Positions 13,401 through 28,156 of a DNA stretch of 64,000 bases are shown piece by piece. The notes under the pieces are model-generated. The model worked only from the letters and a program-made list of their open reading frames with translations. It ran no database searches and was not told where the DNA came from. Location of the stretch: positions 1,169,935 through 1,233,934 of the forward strand of contig CM082588.2 of assembly GCA_040954595.2 (NCBI GenBank). The letters run 5' to 3'. Positions within the stretch are counted from its first letter, which is position 1; the number at the start of each line of letters is the position of its first letter. Made by a program: the position numbers and the translations under genes. This stretch comes from Balanoglossus misakiensis (Eukaryota; Animalia; Hemichordata).

Positions 13401-16400
13401 TCATGGATTTGCAGTGCTTTCAAATTCCATGATTTTTCCAGCATTGAACTCACAGTTTCCTTTCCTCTTCTTCTTGTTTCCTCTTCCGTTCTTCCTCCTC
13501 CTTCCTTTTCCTCTCCAATTCCATCTGTTCCTGGATTTTTCGCAGTCGTTCCTGTTCCTCGGCCTGTGCCTTCTTTTTGCCAATCTCCTTCAATTCATGG
13601 TTGACTTTGTTGGCCAGTTCGAAGTAGGCTGTATCGATCTGCTTGCGAGTCATCATGGTTGTCTGCAAAAAGAGAAAACAAAAGCTGATAATGTTTTAAA
13701 AAACACTTGGAAAAAATACTGGGTACACCAGGAGTGATTCTTTCCAGTTTCAGGGTTGACATATGTCTAGGAAACTTATAAGAAACTTTACAGATGGCTC
13801 AGTCAAAAGAAATTAAACAACATTAACAAGAAATTGATCGATGCTCACCTTGATTTTTGTAACCAATGCAAACAAGGCTTTCTCCACTGTAGCCACATCT
13901 TTGGTCAGTCTTTCTTTTGTCTTCTTGTCCTCCTTGATGTCATTCACTGAAATTACATTAAAGGGACAAACCATCCAGATGTATTAAAGGGACATAATTT
14001 ACTGGTGTGTCACTCAGAAATAAATTACACAAATATTTGCTCCATCCAAGAAAAGTATGCACTTAGGAAATAAATCACACAAAAATTTGCTTCATCCAAG
14101 AAAAGTATGCACTTAGGAAATAAATCACACAAAAATTTGCTTCATCCAAGAAAAGCACACACTTACCAATCTTCTTCATCTGGTCCAACTGTACACGTAG
14201 TTTGGAAACTTGTTGTAAGCCCTTGTAACGAGGTCTGTGTTTCTTGATAGCCACGTACATACGGACACAGCTCTGAATTTTGATCAGAGCATTTCTGCGA
14301 AACTCTATCTTATTCTTCACTGAAAAATAAGGGAAAAGTGAAAACCATTAAACTTTGCTGCTCAAGACTTGAACTTCTCTATGCCAGGTTCATAACTAGT
14401 TATAACTATTCATAACTAATTATAACTATTAACCAATACTTACGTTTAATAACCATAAGAGTGCCATACTGAGCAAACTTCCATCTTGTACACAGCAACC
14501 ATCTCTTGACCTTCTTCACTAAGAATGCCAGATGTTCCGGATCTGATTTCAACAACTGATCAAATTCGGCAAACTTGCCCGGTCTGAAGAAGACCTTGGT
14601 CAAACCGAACTTGAAGTCATAGTCATTCAGACCTAAAGCTTTGAACAAGGCCTGAAATAAATAAGCAAAATAATTTCAGCATTTCAAACACTTCCGTCCT
14701 TGTTTCTCTGTAGGTATCAGAGGAAGAGGATGTCAAAATAAATCACACGAAACAGCAATAACAATGCCACACAAACTATCATCATACCTTGCAGAAAAGT
14801 CTGGGATCCAGCCTGACCAGTTCTTTTGGCATGTACTTCTTATACATTCCATAGAGATCAGCAAACACAGCACGTGACGGGTAGCCACCTTGCATCAAGT
14901 CGAGTACCGACACCATACCTTGAGTTCAGAAGGGGCATGTTCGTAAATATCTGAACCTCGAAGTTTGTCATACATGAAACTCAGAAACACAAAAGGGCCA
15001 TAGCTAGCTGACTTACCTGCACACTGCAACTGACTGAGGATTTGTCCACCTTCAAAAAGCTTGTCGATCATCTTCGAATTTGGTTTGATACATCGGATGA
15101 AATTTGAGCCCGTGCTTTCCAGCTTGTCCATCAGATCCATCAGTTGAGTCTACAAGAGAATTACTTTTAGATTAAGTTGAGGGCGCGCCACTGCAGGACG
15201 TTGCAGTTTTAGTTGGAGAAAATATACACATCAGTATTTATAGCCATCGTTTCTACTACACTGAATCACTGTATGTTCTCTTACCTTGAACTTGCTACCA
15301 ACACTAATGAAGGCAAGTTTTTGGATCGAAGATGAGCTGGGCGACCCTGGGAACAAACTCTTCACAAACGTGTCCTTACTTTCCTGCATAAGGCACTCCA
15401 GGGATGCGTGGAGGGCATCGTTGTTCTTGTAGATGAATTCACTCTGCAACAAACACACTAACTTGGTTAAAACTTTCAATGCAACCCGAAGCTCAGCATC
15501 AATTAACATGCAAATGCTCCTCAGTTCACTTTTCAAAGTGTCTCTGCCTCAATTTAGGAAAGCATACAGCCATGATAATACTTACAGTTTGGTAGCAGAC
15601 AGCACCAGCGAAATGGCGAATCAAGAATCCTTCATCATCTCGGATTTGTCTATGAAGGGCCAGTCTGGATTTGCGGGGAATCTGTTGATGTAGGAAGAGA
15701 TAAAGATGTGGTTTGCTCTCCATAAGTTTAACCATACAAAAGTTTCATACAATAACTGAACATTAGTAATTTCACATACACTGGTCTACTTACATCTAAT
15801 CTGAAATTATCTTGATGTTTTCTGTGTATGGTGCTTGCAAAGTTGTTGGGACTAGCTTTGGGGAGCTTGCTCTCTTCGTCCAAGAGATCCATGATTCCAC
15901 CTGGCTTCGTTTCAATCATATCTGTAATGAGATGTAAGAGTTGATTCATTCCATTCAAACAATTCGGGGCTTGGCGTGTCCCCTAAGTGAACTTACATCT
16001 GAGAGGGTATCAAGACTCAATTATGCACATGAGAATATGACGATTGTCAACCTTTAATTATGACACTCACCAATGACATCTTGATTATCAATGTAACTGA
16101 CATGGGCAATTCCAAGTCCTTCTTTCTGGTACAACTCTTGTTCCTGGCCAAAGAAACAATGAAAGAGTTTTTTACTAAATCAGTCATTATTCTGAAGTAG
16201 CATTACCAAGCACATATATTGGAAAGGAAGTGAAAGTTTCCCAAATATTGCAAAAATTTCAGACCCACCTCTTTCAGTACCCTCCTGTTGAAGAACTGTT
16301 GCAGTTTCTCGTTGCAGTAGTTGATGCAGAACTGCTCAAAGCTGTTGAGTTGAAAGTATTCGAAACCGGCAATGTCCAACACTCCGATGTAATTGGCCGA

Positions 16401-19400
16401 TGACTTGAACGGGAAACAGCGGTTGATGCGTTCCACGATGTTGTCAAACAGCCGCGAGTAAATGGCCTTGGCGAGGGCGTCTCTGGCGTGTGAAGCCTGG
16501 TCTTTTCGCAAAGGGACTCTGCATAAAAAAATGTACTTTTATCCATGGTGATTTTTTTATTTCCACACATACTTTGATCAAACTGTACAAAGAAGAACCT
16601 ACACGTCCACAATGCAAAGACACAACACTTTAAACTGTAAGTGCTGGTCAGACAGGACCACTGTCGGACCAGCGTGGGGAGAATCACGAACACTTACTTG
16701 ATGAGAGTGCCACGTCCACCACCCTTGGCCGTCTGCATAATACGAGTTGTCAAGCTCTCTCTCAGATCCTCCGTATCGACCATCAACAACATCGACGCCA
16801 ATTTCAGGGCATTCTCTGCCTTGTCAGACACCATGCTCCCACCTTGTCAAAGCAACACAATAAAAGTTTTAGCTTCATCAAAAACACATCTACATGAATA
16901 CACAGTTTCCCCCACAGCATTACACGTGAACTTCATAACTGCTTTTGCCTTAAAATAACACTTTGCCTAGTTGGGTCTAAAGACTGCCATTTATTAAGTT
17001 CTCATTGCACATTATCTTTGAGCATTATTCAGTAACATTTATAACCTCAAAGTATGGATATTAACTCATTATTGCTGATCAAATCTGTCATATTTTGCCC
17101 CTAAATTGCATCAATAGCAGTGCAGACGTTAAAAAATATCTACGATGGTGTAACACTGTGCAAATTGTCAAAAATTAAACAATATTGTGCATTACTTTCA
17201 TACAAGCACAAACATAATTTTGCCATTATAATAAAATATTCTAAGACTGAATAAAAACAGAAACATGAACCAAATTAAACACAAATATAATTCAAAATGA
17301 AAAATGACTGGTGACCTTCATAAGTAGAACCTGAGGAGACCACAGCTTTGGTGAAAAAATAAGCAAGAAAACCAAAAAAGTGTTGTTAGCACTAATCTAT
17401 AAGGAACTGCTGCGTGGATGCATCAATGACAGATATTGGCCCAAGTTTTACTCTTGAGGAAACTGGACCAAGATCCATAGAAGCAGTGCTTGTAACAAAT
17501 GTAATTCTTTCAATGTCTCTTAATACTCATACTGCAGTATTTACTGGGTAGATGTTGTGTGAGTTTTGTGCAGATTTTAGAGATAACAAAGAATCATTTT
17601 GAAAAACCAAAGACATGGGAGCCATTCTGAATTTCAATGTGGCAGCCATTTTAAATCTTGGGGCAAAGGTCACCAAATTAGCCAATCAGATGCAAGGAAG
17701 CTCACAACACACCTTTGGTGTCTTCAGAACTCTCCTCAAACGCTATGTTGCCAAGATGCAAGACACTTGCCACCACCCGGAATATATCCATCTTTTCATC
17801 CTCTGTGATTCCCAGTTTCTGCATGGCAACATCCATTTTCTTGAAGTCCTTGACATCATCCAGAATGATGTCAGTCATACCGCCCTCCTTCTTGTGCTGT
17901 TGTAAAAAAATGCCACATAATTAGAGATCTCATGTCACTGTGGTAACATGAGGGACCTCACGCGAGGCTGGGAAATTAGCACTTTTCATGACCCAAACCT
18001 GACCATCAGCACTATAGTTTCACTGGTAGAAACAAGTTTGATTTGAACAAGATGACCACTGAAACAATATTCCAACAGGATGTAAGGTTAAAGGTCATGA
18101 AAGCGGTCACATTTCTTAACCCAACAAAGAACTTGAAACCATTAAAAACAAGTTTCATATAAGTTTATACACCACTAATGAACTACACTTGGAGTTTATA
18201 TTTTGACACACATCCACAAAACCAATAAAAATTGACTTGTATACAAATTTATAATTGTCTGTGCATAACACTAATATCATGTTTGTATACATGCACATGG
18301 GATGGTTGAAGTGCCTTTGCACATTTTCAGACAGTTTGTGTGTGATTCTGTGTATACAGAGGTGAGATAAACATTGCAATTCAGGGAGGAACTGGGATCA
18401 CACACAGTAACAGTATTAACCAGAGTTTGGTGTTGGATCAAACCATCTTTTTTGCTCCTTCAGTGACATGTCAGACACAATACAAAAACATTCCACAAAA
18501 TTATTAAAGGGCAACAGGAAAATGTGATCAATCGTTGATTCTAATTTACTTACGCATTTGTTAGTTCATGGTGAAGAAAAGGTTAAGTTGCCAAAGTAAA
18601 ATATGAAATGAATTCAAAACTCAGTTAAGAACATCAAAGCAAAGTTGAAAAAGAAATCATAGAATGACTCATAGTTCATAAGTATGCATAAGAAGATGAA
18701 AATAAGTTTTTAAATCAAATAAATGAACTACTGCTCGAGAAAGTAAAGACAAAAGAAAATGCTATAACCATAGGCGGTGCTGTTGAAATTGGATAGTGAC
18801 ACTTACCTGGGCACTCTTGCGATCATCAGAGAGTTTAGAAGTTGTTTCTTTGGATGTGAAATACTGTTTGTTTCCAAATTTCAGATACTGTTCAGAGAAA
18901 AACAAAGAGACATATTTTATTTCCAGTATTTCATGCATAGCAACAGCACTAGGAATTTATCATTCAACAGATACATCAGTGATGGGATAACACAAGTGGT
19001 CTTTCTTCCTGTTTCCTTACAAGATTACGTCACTAAACCATCCATGCCTTTCCTTCCTGAAAAAAGTCCCGGAATGAAATAATCGTAGGATGAATGTACT
19101 ATTGCTGATTATTACACTAGTATTCTCTTTAAAAATTCTCCTTAGAATTCGAACCTAGCTGTAAAAGTTTGTCACACGGATGTGCAACTCAGCCATGCCG
19201 CTATGGCGCTTAGAAACATCATGGATCAGTCACAGGCCTCACAACACATACATGTACATCTTACAACACCAACACATCAGAACACACACACCAGACTGTC
19301 CACATTTCACTTACCTGGAAATCATCAGGCGTGGTAATCGCAAGTTTCTTTCGCAGTTCTTGAGAGGCACCAGCACATATTCTGTAGAACACATGGTAGT

Positions 19401-22400
19401 TTCTCTCTTCTTTGCTTTGACCAACGATGCGAGATTTTTCAAGCAGGTAATGAGATACATAGCCACCAACCACTGTATTCTGTTTAACAATAAAACAACA
19501 TGAAATACTTTAGTTTGTGCCGAAGTTACAGAAACCCCTTTTTAAACCTGACGTGCGATCAGATAATTTTCAACAATGCTCAATCCACACCTTTAATTGT
19601 AAGTTATGAAAAAGACTTTATTTATTTATTATTTGGTAAACATATGTGCCTGCGTTCTGCCATGAACTTACTTTCTCATTGAAATGCATCTCTACAAATT
19701 TTCCAAAACGACTACTGTTATTGTTTCTGACAGTCTTGGCATTTCCAAAAGCCTCCAGGAGAGGGTTGGCCTCCACAATTCTCTGTTCTATAACGCCTGC
19801 ACCTGAACCGTGAGATTCGGTCAGATACCTGTAAACGACAACAAAATATTATCGGTAACTGATTGTTCAAAGGTCAGAGGTCAATTCAAAGGCTGGGTTG
19901 GCCATGGGTGGCCGCCATCTTGGCAGGGTGAAACCATTCATTCAAAGATTAGTTAAGGGACTAACCAAATTCATCTTCAGGAGGGGATTATTCTTACCGT
20001 AGTATATACTTTGTGGATTCTGTTTTTCCAGCACCACTCTCTCCGCTGACAATGATGGACTGACTCATTTTGTAAACTTTCATGTCTCGGAATGCCTTGT
20101 CAGCTGAACAGAGTGACAAGAAAAGAAGACAAAGTCTTTTATTTGTTCAAAAATATTCTGAAATGCTAATCTCATATGTGACAAGCTCTAGACATGTGTC
20201 GTCATATCATGTACAATTCAACTTCTTCAGTCCAGGATGACATCAGGCACGTGATACAGTAGATCCATCATGGCCTCGTGGGGAGGCCACGATTACAAGA
20301 AGTCTAGACAGTCTATTTTCATTCATCACAGTCGGAAAACTGCAGTGCCGGTAGTAATGAAACCACTCTGCCATAATTGGGTTAAGAGGCAGGGGTTCTG
20401 GCTGCCTTCTGTGCGTATATGTGAGCCACTTAGATCAGTCATTCTTGCCAGACATGTACAATATGTTCACGACATATGTAGTGAAATAGTCAGATTCCAT
20501 GAAACCCGACCTGCATGTGGGTTTGACATGCACTAATACAACAATATTAGATTTCCACACACACTGTGAACACACACAGGTGCTGGAGATTAAATTTCAT
20601 GTTCTGTACGCGATTCGATGTTGTACCTACCGATGGCAAACACGTGAGGTGGCAATACACCTAGAGATTTTCCTTGATACTTCTTGATGACGTCTTGAGA
20701 ATATAATTTGGGCATGTCACTGTATGGGTTGACTGCTATAAGAATATTTGCCACATATGTCTGAGGGTGGGGGTGGGGAGAGAGAGACAGATTTGTGAGA
20801 AATCTAATTATGTGAATGCATTGTTACCACTTATGGACAGATTTCTTTCTCAGTTCCTAGCATTCCCCCTCCCCCAATTCATGTAAAATCTGGATTTCTA
20901 AACACTTAAACACTTCATAATTGTTATTCCATGCACATCATTGTCTTATAAAGATTTCGACAGCGACAAATGAATTATTCAAAAGTGGCGCGACTGCTTA
21001 ATGTGGCAAAGTCACTACAAATCCTCCCATTTGTTCTGACAGAGATAGAAAAAATCACATCCGGCTATTTGAGAAATTAGTCTGCATTAGTGCATGCTTC
21101 AGAAAAAGATTGACAAGAAACGCCACTTTGAATTGACAGAGTCTAAATCTGATAACATGCAATGCCCACTGAACAAGGAGTGTATTTATCTCTTTTTTCA
21201 GAAAATACCACAGTTATACTTACATAAATTTGGTTTTTCTTGTATCTAAGTCGTAAATTATTCAGCAGTGTAGCTTCGTTCAAATACATTAAGGCACCTG
21301 AAATTGAAAATAATTGAAAAATAAAATTGTAAATAGAAAAAAAAATATTGAAACATTCTCTTGTTGGCTTCAGGGTTGTTATGCTTGAATGAAATTCTGT
21401 GTAGGACAGGAAAGCAATGAGCAGTGGTGTATTCAAAGGTTTCTGAACACTAGCAGAAAAATACAGTCCATTTTCAAGGAGATTTGCTGAAGGAAGTCAT
21501 CATTTTCAATGGTGAAAAAGAAAAATGACGCACACCATTGAAAAATATTCCTTACTTAGAGTTGGACTATATTCAACATCTTTGCCAATTCATTTTACAG
21601 AAACACAGATGACAGTGATATTATTAATGCCAAATACAGAATGGATTAGATGTGTGATAGATGTCATCAAAATTGACCTTTCTTTTGTTGAGACTGCATT
21701 AACCGAGTCAGAGTAAAATATGTCATCATTTTCCCTTCGATTAAAATTTCCCAGTTGAGCAACGAGTTCCCTGATGATGCCTTTCAAATTATTCCCTGAT
21801 TGTGAAAATTTCACTTTAGGTGTCGCTTCAAGGACCAGACCACACCCAAGTAATTTATCTCAGAAGCTCCCCTCCCCCCCTCTAGGGCTAATTTCTCTCC
21901 TGTGACATTTTAGTTTCGCTTTGTTAATTTTTGCTTCTGTATATAGCGAGATAAACATGTGAATTATTACCACACTGGGGAAGGAGAGAAGTTAAACACC
22001 AAAATATTTAAGTTGAAGATATCATGCCGCAATACTATATTTTTAAGTGGTATCTTTCTCAGTGTTATTTCTGCTAAATACATGATTTCTGTAATTTGAC
22101 ACTTTGACAGGCCTTGTACAATTACACGCAAGATGAAAAACACTGTGTCACACAGAATTCCCATATGTCAGCCCCACCTGGTGTCGGCTTAGGTGATACG
22201 CTGGATAAAAAGCGCACGTCTTAGCTTTTAAAAAAAGGGCATATGCAAAAGAGACCTTGGTGTTAATCAGCCGATCATTGAACCACTTTACTTCACCACT
22301 TAAAGAATTATCCTTCGAAATCAGCACATAAAATAACGTGCTGGTGTTTTTCAGAATATAAAATGAACTCACAGAGGCTAATTTTCCTCAAAGCGCAGGC

Positions 22401-23828
22401 ACAACTCACTAGGGTGTGGTTGCAAATGTACGTCTTGAGGGTGATTGACAGAGACACAAATGAAACCGATCGCAGAATACATGCTCAAAGCAAGACTGAA
22501 ATCTCTTTAATATTAATAAACAAACCTTACTCAGAGGAACAGATGTTTTGATGATTTATGCCAAGTCAGTTGTCTATTTTTGCAAGAAACACCAAGGTTA
22601 TCATCAATGTATGATTTCACAGTGTGAAGAAATCTGCAAAGAAAGTGATCATCTTGATGCGATACTTACAGTTATCGTCGACTGTTTTCGTATCATCTTC
22701 CTCGGCAGGGAAAACCCGGGAGTATGGGGCTACGACTTGCTACACAGGAAAAGAAAAACAACAAGTTTGATAAAACAGTGAAAGTTTTTACTCAAAATCT
22801 GTGGATACTGGTTATGTGGAAATTCCACAATTTATTTTGGCAGAATGTGAAATCAATATCGAGCTATATTCATTAATTTCGACCTTTTTGTGAGATGAAT
22901 GTCTGGCCACGTTTTACGTTGACACGTTTTCGTCAGAACAGGACATTGGATTATTTTTTCTCTACAGAACACAAATGACAAATGTCACTGAATTCCCACT
23001 AGCTATACATCATGCATGACAATTACACATGAGATTTCTTGGGGTTCTCCGTGTCAAACGTGAATTTGAGGATCGTTTATTGAGCTTTGACATGTTCATC
23101 ACTTTCTTGCGTCACTGAGCTTGCTCCTTTATCGGCAGCGTGCTGTATAGGTCAGAGGTCACACTACCCAATTCTTAGAACTACACACCCTAATTTTTTT
23201 TCATGTATTAATCCTGACATTCTACAATTTATAGCTAAGTCCGGGTCATGGGTCAAAGGTTATCAGTGGCCAGGCTCCTAAGTTTCAATACACGATACAT
23301 TTATCACTGTATACCTGTGGGCCACCTTTTTATCTTTTGCATGTGAGGGACAAAAGCCTGGCTGTGTATATTTGACTTGACTGAGGTTCACATAAATCTT
23401 ATTTTCCATATAAAAAGTTGTAGATATATCAATTAAACAAATGGATTCCCTCAGGCATTTTGAAGTACATGTAGGCACGGCAACCCATTTTTTCCACTCT
23501 TCTGGGCTCTGAAAGGACAAATCTTTTTCATCATAAAACTGGAGAACTTCATTAATTTAAATTATTAATACTTCATTCAAAATTAAAATGAAGACAAAGA
23601 TGTGCAAAAAGATACAATGATTTTGGTTCATTCTCTTGTCAGTTTGTAAAACAGTTCTTGATTGGCCAAAAGGAACACATATAACAACCTGATTGGTTGA
23701 GCACTCTCACTCACCTTCTTGTTCTCAAAGAGTTCAACAGTGATAGTTTCAGTCTTGATGTCCACCATGGTGCCCATCTTGAACCCATCAGCGGGATCAG
23801 GCGCCCACACCTTCTGTGTGTCATCCAT
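10464..23828 (-). CDS. MYO6: Unconventional myosin VI, complete multi-exon gene
   Basis: Start [12 protein letters not shown] (exon 23715-23828). Exons 22670-22739, 21224-21297, 20631-20760, 19998-20103 (P-loop GESGAGKT), 19672-19828 (NNNSSRFGK), then further exons with switch II DIAGFE (~16269-16517), converter/insert-2 (~14443-14652), IQ (~14167-14320), ER/K-rich SAH (~13177-13662) and a cargo-binding tail with RRL (~11220-11361) and WWY (~10833-11105) motifs. Stop at 10464. Splice phases were consistent wherever checked. Confidence 0.97.
12280..12354 (-). CDS. MYO6: Candidate 75-nt symmetric cassette exon of myosin VI ([25 protein letters not shown])
   Basis: CAG acceptor after a pyrimidine tract, GT donor at 12279, phase 2-2 matching both neighbours; lies between the distal-tail exon (..ETLV) and the SEQVVAQK exon. 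Confidence 0.65.
14018..14166. repeat. 50-bp tandem repeat, about 3 copies, at the 5' end of a myosin VI intron
   Basis: CATCCAAGAAAAG recurs at 14043, 14093 and 14143, an exact period of 50. Confidence 0.9.
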
Positions 23829-26800
23829 GTTGGCTGATCAGATCTGTCTACAAATAATAAAAAAGTCGATCCTGATTTTATTATATTTGAAGATTCATGG
23901 AGATATTGATTACGAGTAAAATACAGATGGCACTGTCAGCCCACAGCTACATGTACTCTTTTCCCCGGGTCTGTACCATGATATGCAAGATAACAATATC
24001 TCACTACAGGGGAAATTTATTGGCAATGTAAACCTAGACATGTACAGACTGTTTTCAATAATGATACATACATGGGTACATACAAAAATGTAAATTGCCA
24101 CTCATGACCCGAGATGACCTTCCACATACATCCTGGTTCATGTATTTCTGTTGAATGTGGTCTTTCTGGGTATCAAACTTATGTTTTTTCATCTTGTCAA
24201 ACTAGCCGTTAAAGCTCACACATGTTACACAAACAATATGTTATTTTAATGTGCATGTACAACATATCAATAACACAGATGGCAAACAGTGAGTCTGAGA
24301 CTCATATCGATGAAATTTCCAGGATGTGAGGTCATGCAGAAGTCATAAAAATGACCAATTACATTTTATCTGTTATCTTATCAAAGCTTGTTTCTAGACC
24401 ACCTGGTGGTCATTTTCTCATATACAGGGAACAATACATGTACAGGCAGCACTGGATGCTTAGTGTTTAAGGCATGCTCTGGATCGATCAAACAGGTCTT
24501 CCCACAATTCTTTGCAAAGAGGTCGGGTCACTGACATAAGATGCCACTAACTTCTGCTAAAACCTGACTATTCACAAATTAAATCTCGACATTCAAGTAA
24601 TCATAATAAAGTTTCAATGCAGGAGTACCCAGAGGCTCCATGTTTGACATTGTGTGAAAGTCTGTCACGAATAACGTCCGATTGATCTGTCTGTCGGGGG
24701 TTAATAGAATCAAGAATATGTCAAACTAACTCCAATCCAGGTTTCATTTGCGAAAAACCACAGGGATGAGTTGCCATGGTTACATCAATGATGAAGGACA
24801 CAAGGGAAATGAAGTTAGCATCAGTGTGATGAAATATTTAAGCTCTTTTCATTTATGCTGATTTTCACCTTCAAGACATGTAAGTTGCTTGAACTGGATT
24901 AGCGGAAACAGTATTGATATTATGATCTATGTTTTGCAAACTTTCATATTTTAGATGAGAAATGTTCGTCTTCTAAATCATGACTTTTGTTCAATTCCCA
25001 ACCTTGCATTGTTTCACTGTTTTACTTTGAAGCAAGGACTTTTTATTGTTGGAAGCTATGTCCACATTTATCTCCACACTAGACTTATCCCATTGTCAAT
25101 TTATGGTATTTCATGGTCAGAATAGCATGGCTAGTCTATCAGGCTCATACAAAAACTTCAATGCAAATTATAAAAAAATATTTAAAAAACTGCATGTCAA
25201 CTGGAAAAGAGATTACTGATGATTTATTTTGCGAAATTATCCATGGTCCAGAAATATTTTCCAGTGCAATGGGATGACTGATAAGTTAAACATGAAAGAT
25301 ATGTAAACGATTAAACCTGACACTGCAAACTCTCAGAGGAAATCACCAACATATACCAGACTTCATTAGAAATGCACATCACATCTATCGTCGTAATCGA
25401 CGACTTTTTCATCATCCTCAAATGCGGATCAGGTCACCGTGATCAACGTTTGCCGACAACGTCTGGTGTTCTATTTCATGTTAACGTTTCATCCTTGAGT
25501 CGAACTGATAGTCTGTGAAACTGACGTGAGCCTCGTCGATTTTCCAGAAATCAACATCATCAAATATCAATTGTTACAATGCCTGTCAGCGAGGCATCCA
25601 AGTGATTAATGTTACGGACATACATTATTTAACACATACAATTTTGATGACTTATTTTTCAATGCAAAGGCTAATCTCATTGATACATATATTTGTTAAA
25701 TTTTCTAAAACATAAAATTAATTCTCAACTCTGAGTTATATAATTTATAGTCAAGGTGAGATACTGGTTCAATATACAAGTACACTTGCTCAGAAGGACA
25801 TTTCATTGACTTTTAAGAATTGATCTGTGTGGGCGATTTGCAGATAAATCCTTAGAAATGACAAATCCCTCAAGTAAGCTCTTTTGATGAAGGTGTGAAT
25901 TGTCAGAGCCAGTGAACAAGACACAATGCTTTCCTGTCAGTGAAGAACATCTAAATTGAACACGCACAAGACAGGATGCATGACCTGTTTCCATGGAAAC
26001 AAGTGATTTTTACTGTTTCCCGGGAGACAACATCAATTTGATAAAACAAATAAACGTATGACATGTCTATGCAGGCTGCAATCTACAAATATAGTAAAAC
26101 ACAAAATAAACAACATAACGGCTCTTGAAGAAATTCTCACTGGAGCATAGCAGATATGTATAACAAATACAGGTTCTGTTGGTTATAGAACCGTGTGATT
26201 CACAGAGAAAAGGACACACCCGTCTCTTTTGAGAAATCGGCCACCAGACAGCGATATTGTCGACAGGGCTTTTAATCTTCAATTTCAGGGTCCAGTACAG
26301 CTGTATGATTGATTCATTTTTGTGAACAGACTGTGTGGTTGCCTATTCCTGAATGATTCTGGATAAAAGAAGACGGTAATTCGGTGTTGTACATGGCTGC
26401 TGGTATTCTTTTATCTGAAATCTTTTGTATCATATTTGTATCTTTGTATGTTTGTATGTTTCTTTGCTCTATTGGCCTGTGTTCTATTGTTATGAATACT
26501 CGAATCGACTTGAATACTGGACATTCATTCTCACCCTTGGGTTAAAATGATTGCCACTACCGGTAAATTTTTTTTTCTCGCAAAACAAGATGGCTTCTTT
26601 AAAATTGTGGGTGTATCTTCGGAGTATACCGGTTATTTTGAACTTTGACCCCAGATTCACAATTATCTGATGCCTGGGTCAGAATGCAATCTGCTGAGGC
26701 TGATGCATTTAACAAATACCAACCATATCAACAATTACACCAATAATTCTTTGTTTCTGAAAAACTGTACTAGTATTTAGAGCACTGTCAGTGTGTCTGT

Positions 26801-27836
26801 CCAATTGGGGTAATTTCCATAATCATCCATTTGAAAGACACAGCTAGATCTATTCTGACTCACATATGGAAGCTTATCCCATTTGTCCACATGGACAGCA
26901 TACACAAGTCCTGCATGTACAAAGCTTATCATTGTGCCCTTCATTGTGTGTAACCATGGCGGTATATATAGGAAACCAGAACATACCTCATTTGTTTAGC
27001 AGACCACAGTCTAGGGGTTTAAAACAGACTTACATCACACCAATATTTCAACATTAATACAATAACACATGTTTCAGTATAGTCAGTTTTTTTTAACCAA
27101 ATCTGATAATTTCATTAAACTAAACCAAAAAGAGATACACATGTCTTGTGAATATTTGCGATATAATCTTATATTTTCAGATGAATAATCAATTTCCGGC
27201 ATTCACACCATTAGCTATGATTTCTCAACATTCTTAATGGGTTTATGTACTTACATAACAAAGACAGGCTTTCAATAGATCGGGTATCAGATTATATGAT
27301 GAGCACTGGATATTATGAAATGTATGTTTCAACCGCTGCTGGAAAATTCTTCGCTGAAATTGTTTGCATTGCTAAGGCTTCAATACAGAAGTGCAGACAG
27401 ATTCCTGCTGTACTAGGATTGGGACTACCAGTACAATATCATTTCCTATACCTGACATCACGACACTAGAAATGACAGTGGGTGGGTGGGCCCAGTCAGT
27501 GTTAGCATAATTGCCACAATTGTTTCAGTAGCTTGTGCTATAATGCATTGTTTATATATCATGAGCTATTGCTAATGTAAGTGTATACTAATGAGGTGTA
27601 ACAGTGAAGTGATAAATTTACTCACTCCAGCTAGCCTTGGGTTAGCCCAGAGATGGCCCAGTGCTGACCTAGTTGGTAACTTTGCTTGGATCTGTAATGT
27701 ACTTTGCAGACTCAATGTGGAATGATTTGTAGCGTACAGCACAGCTAATGCAATGTACACATTTGTAAAAGAGAAAGTTGATTATTCAATGCTTAGCAGT
27801 GTATTGAGTTGTCAATGGGTTTATATAACAGTGATA

Positions 27837-28156
27837 TATTGCCAATTATATTATACCAGTATATTGATGGTGTAAATCACGCTATTTGATTGGTCGAGAC
27901 ACGACACGTGACCGTGATATATTAGCCATATACCACAGTCATATATCATAGTCAAAGAAAATGCCTTTTTAAAATGTTTTATGCAAAGTTTCAATATACT
28001 GGCATAATATAATAGCAATAAAACACCCCCAGCCATGGTATACCACTCGATTTTGACCAGTTCAACTCCATATACGCACTCGCTATCGCTCGTGCGTATA
28101 TGTCGTGAACTGGTCAAAATCTCGTGGTATACCATGGCTGGGGGTGTTTTATTGCT
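27837..28156. mobile_element. Non-autonomous foldback/MITE-like element made of two adjacent hairpins; family unassigned
   Basis: Stem 1: 27845-27867 pairs with 27991-28013 (22/23). Stem 2: 28014-28046 pairs perfectly with 28124-28156 (33 bp), followed by inner 16-bp and 11-bp stems around the loop TCGCTATCGCTC. No coding capacity recognised. Confidence 0.7.

Noticed and set aside
14018-14166. CRISPR-like array
   Set aside because: Eukaryotic intron; head-to-tail repeats without unique spacers and no cas genes.
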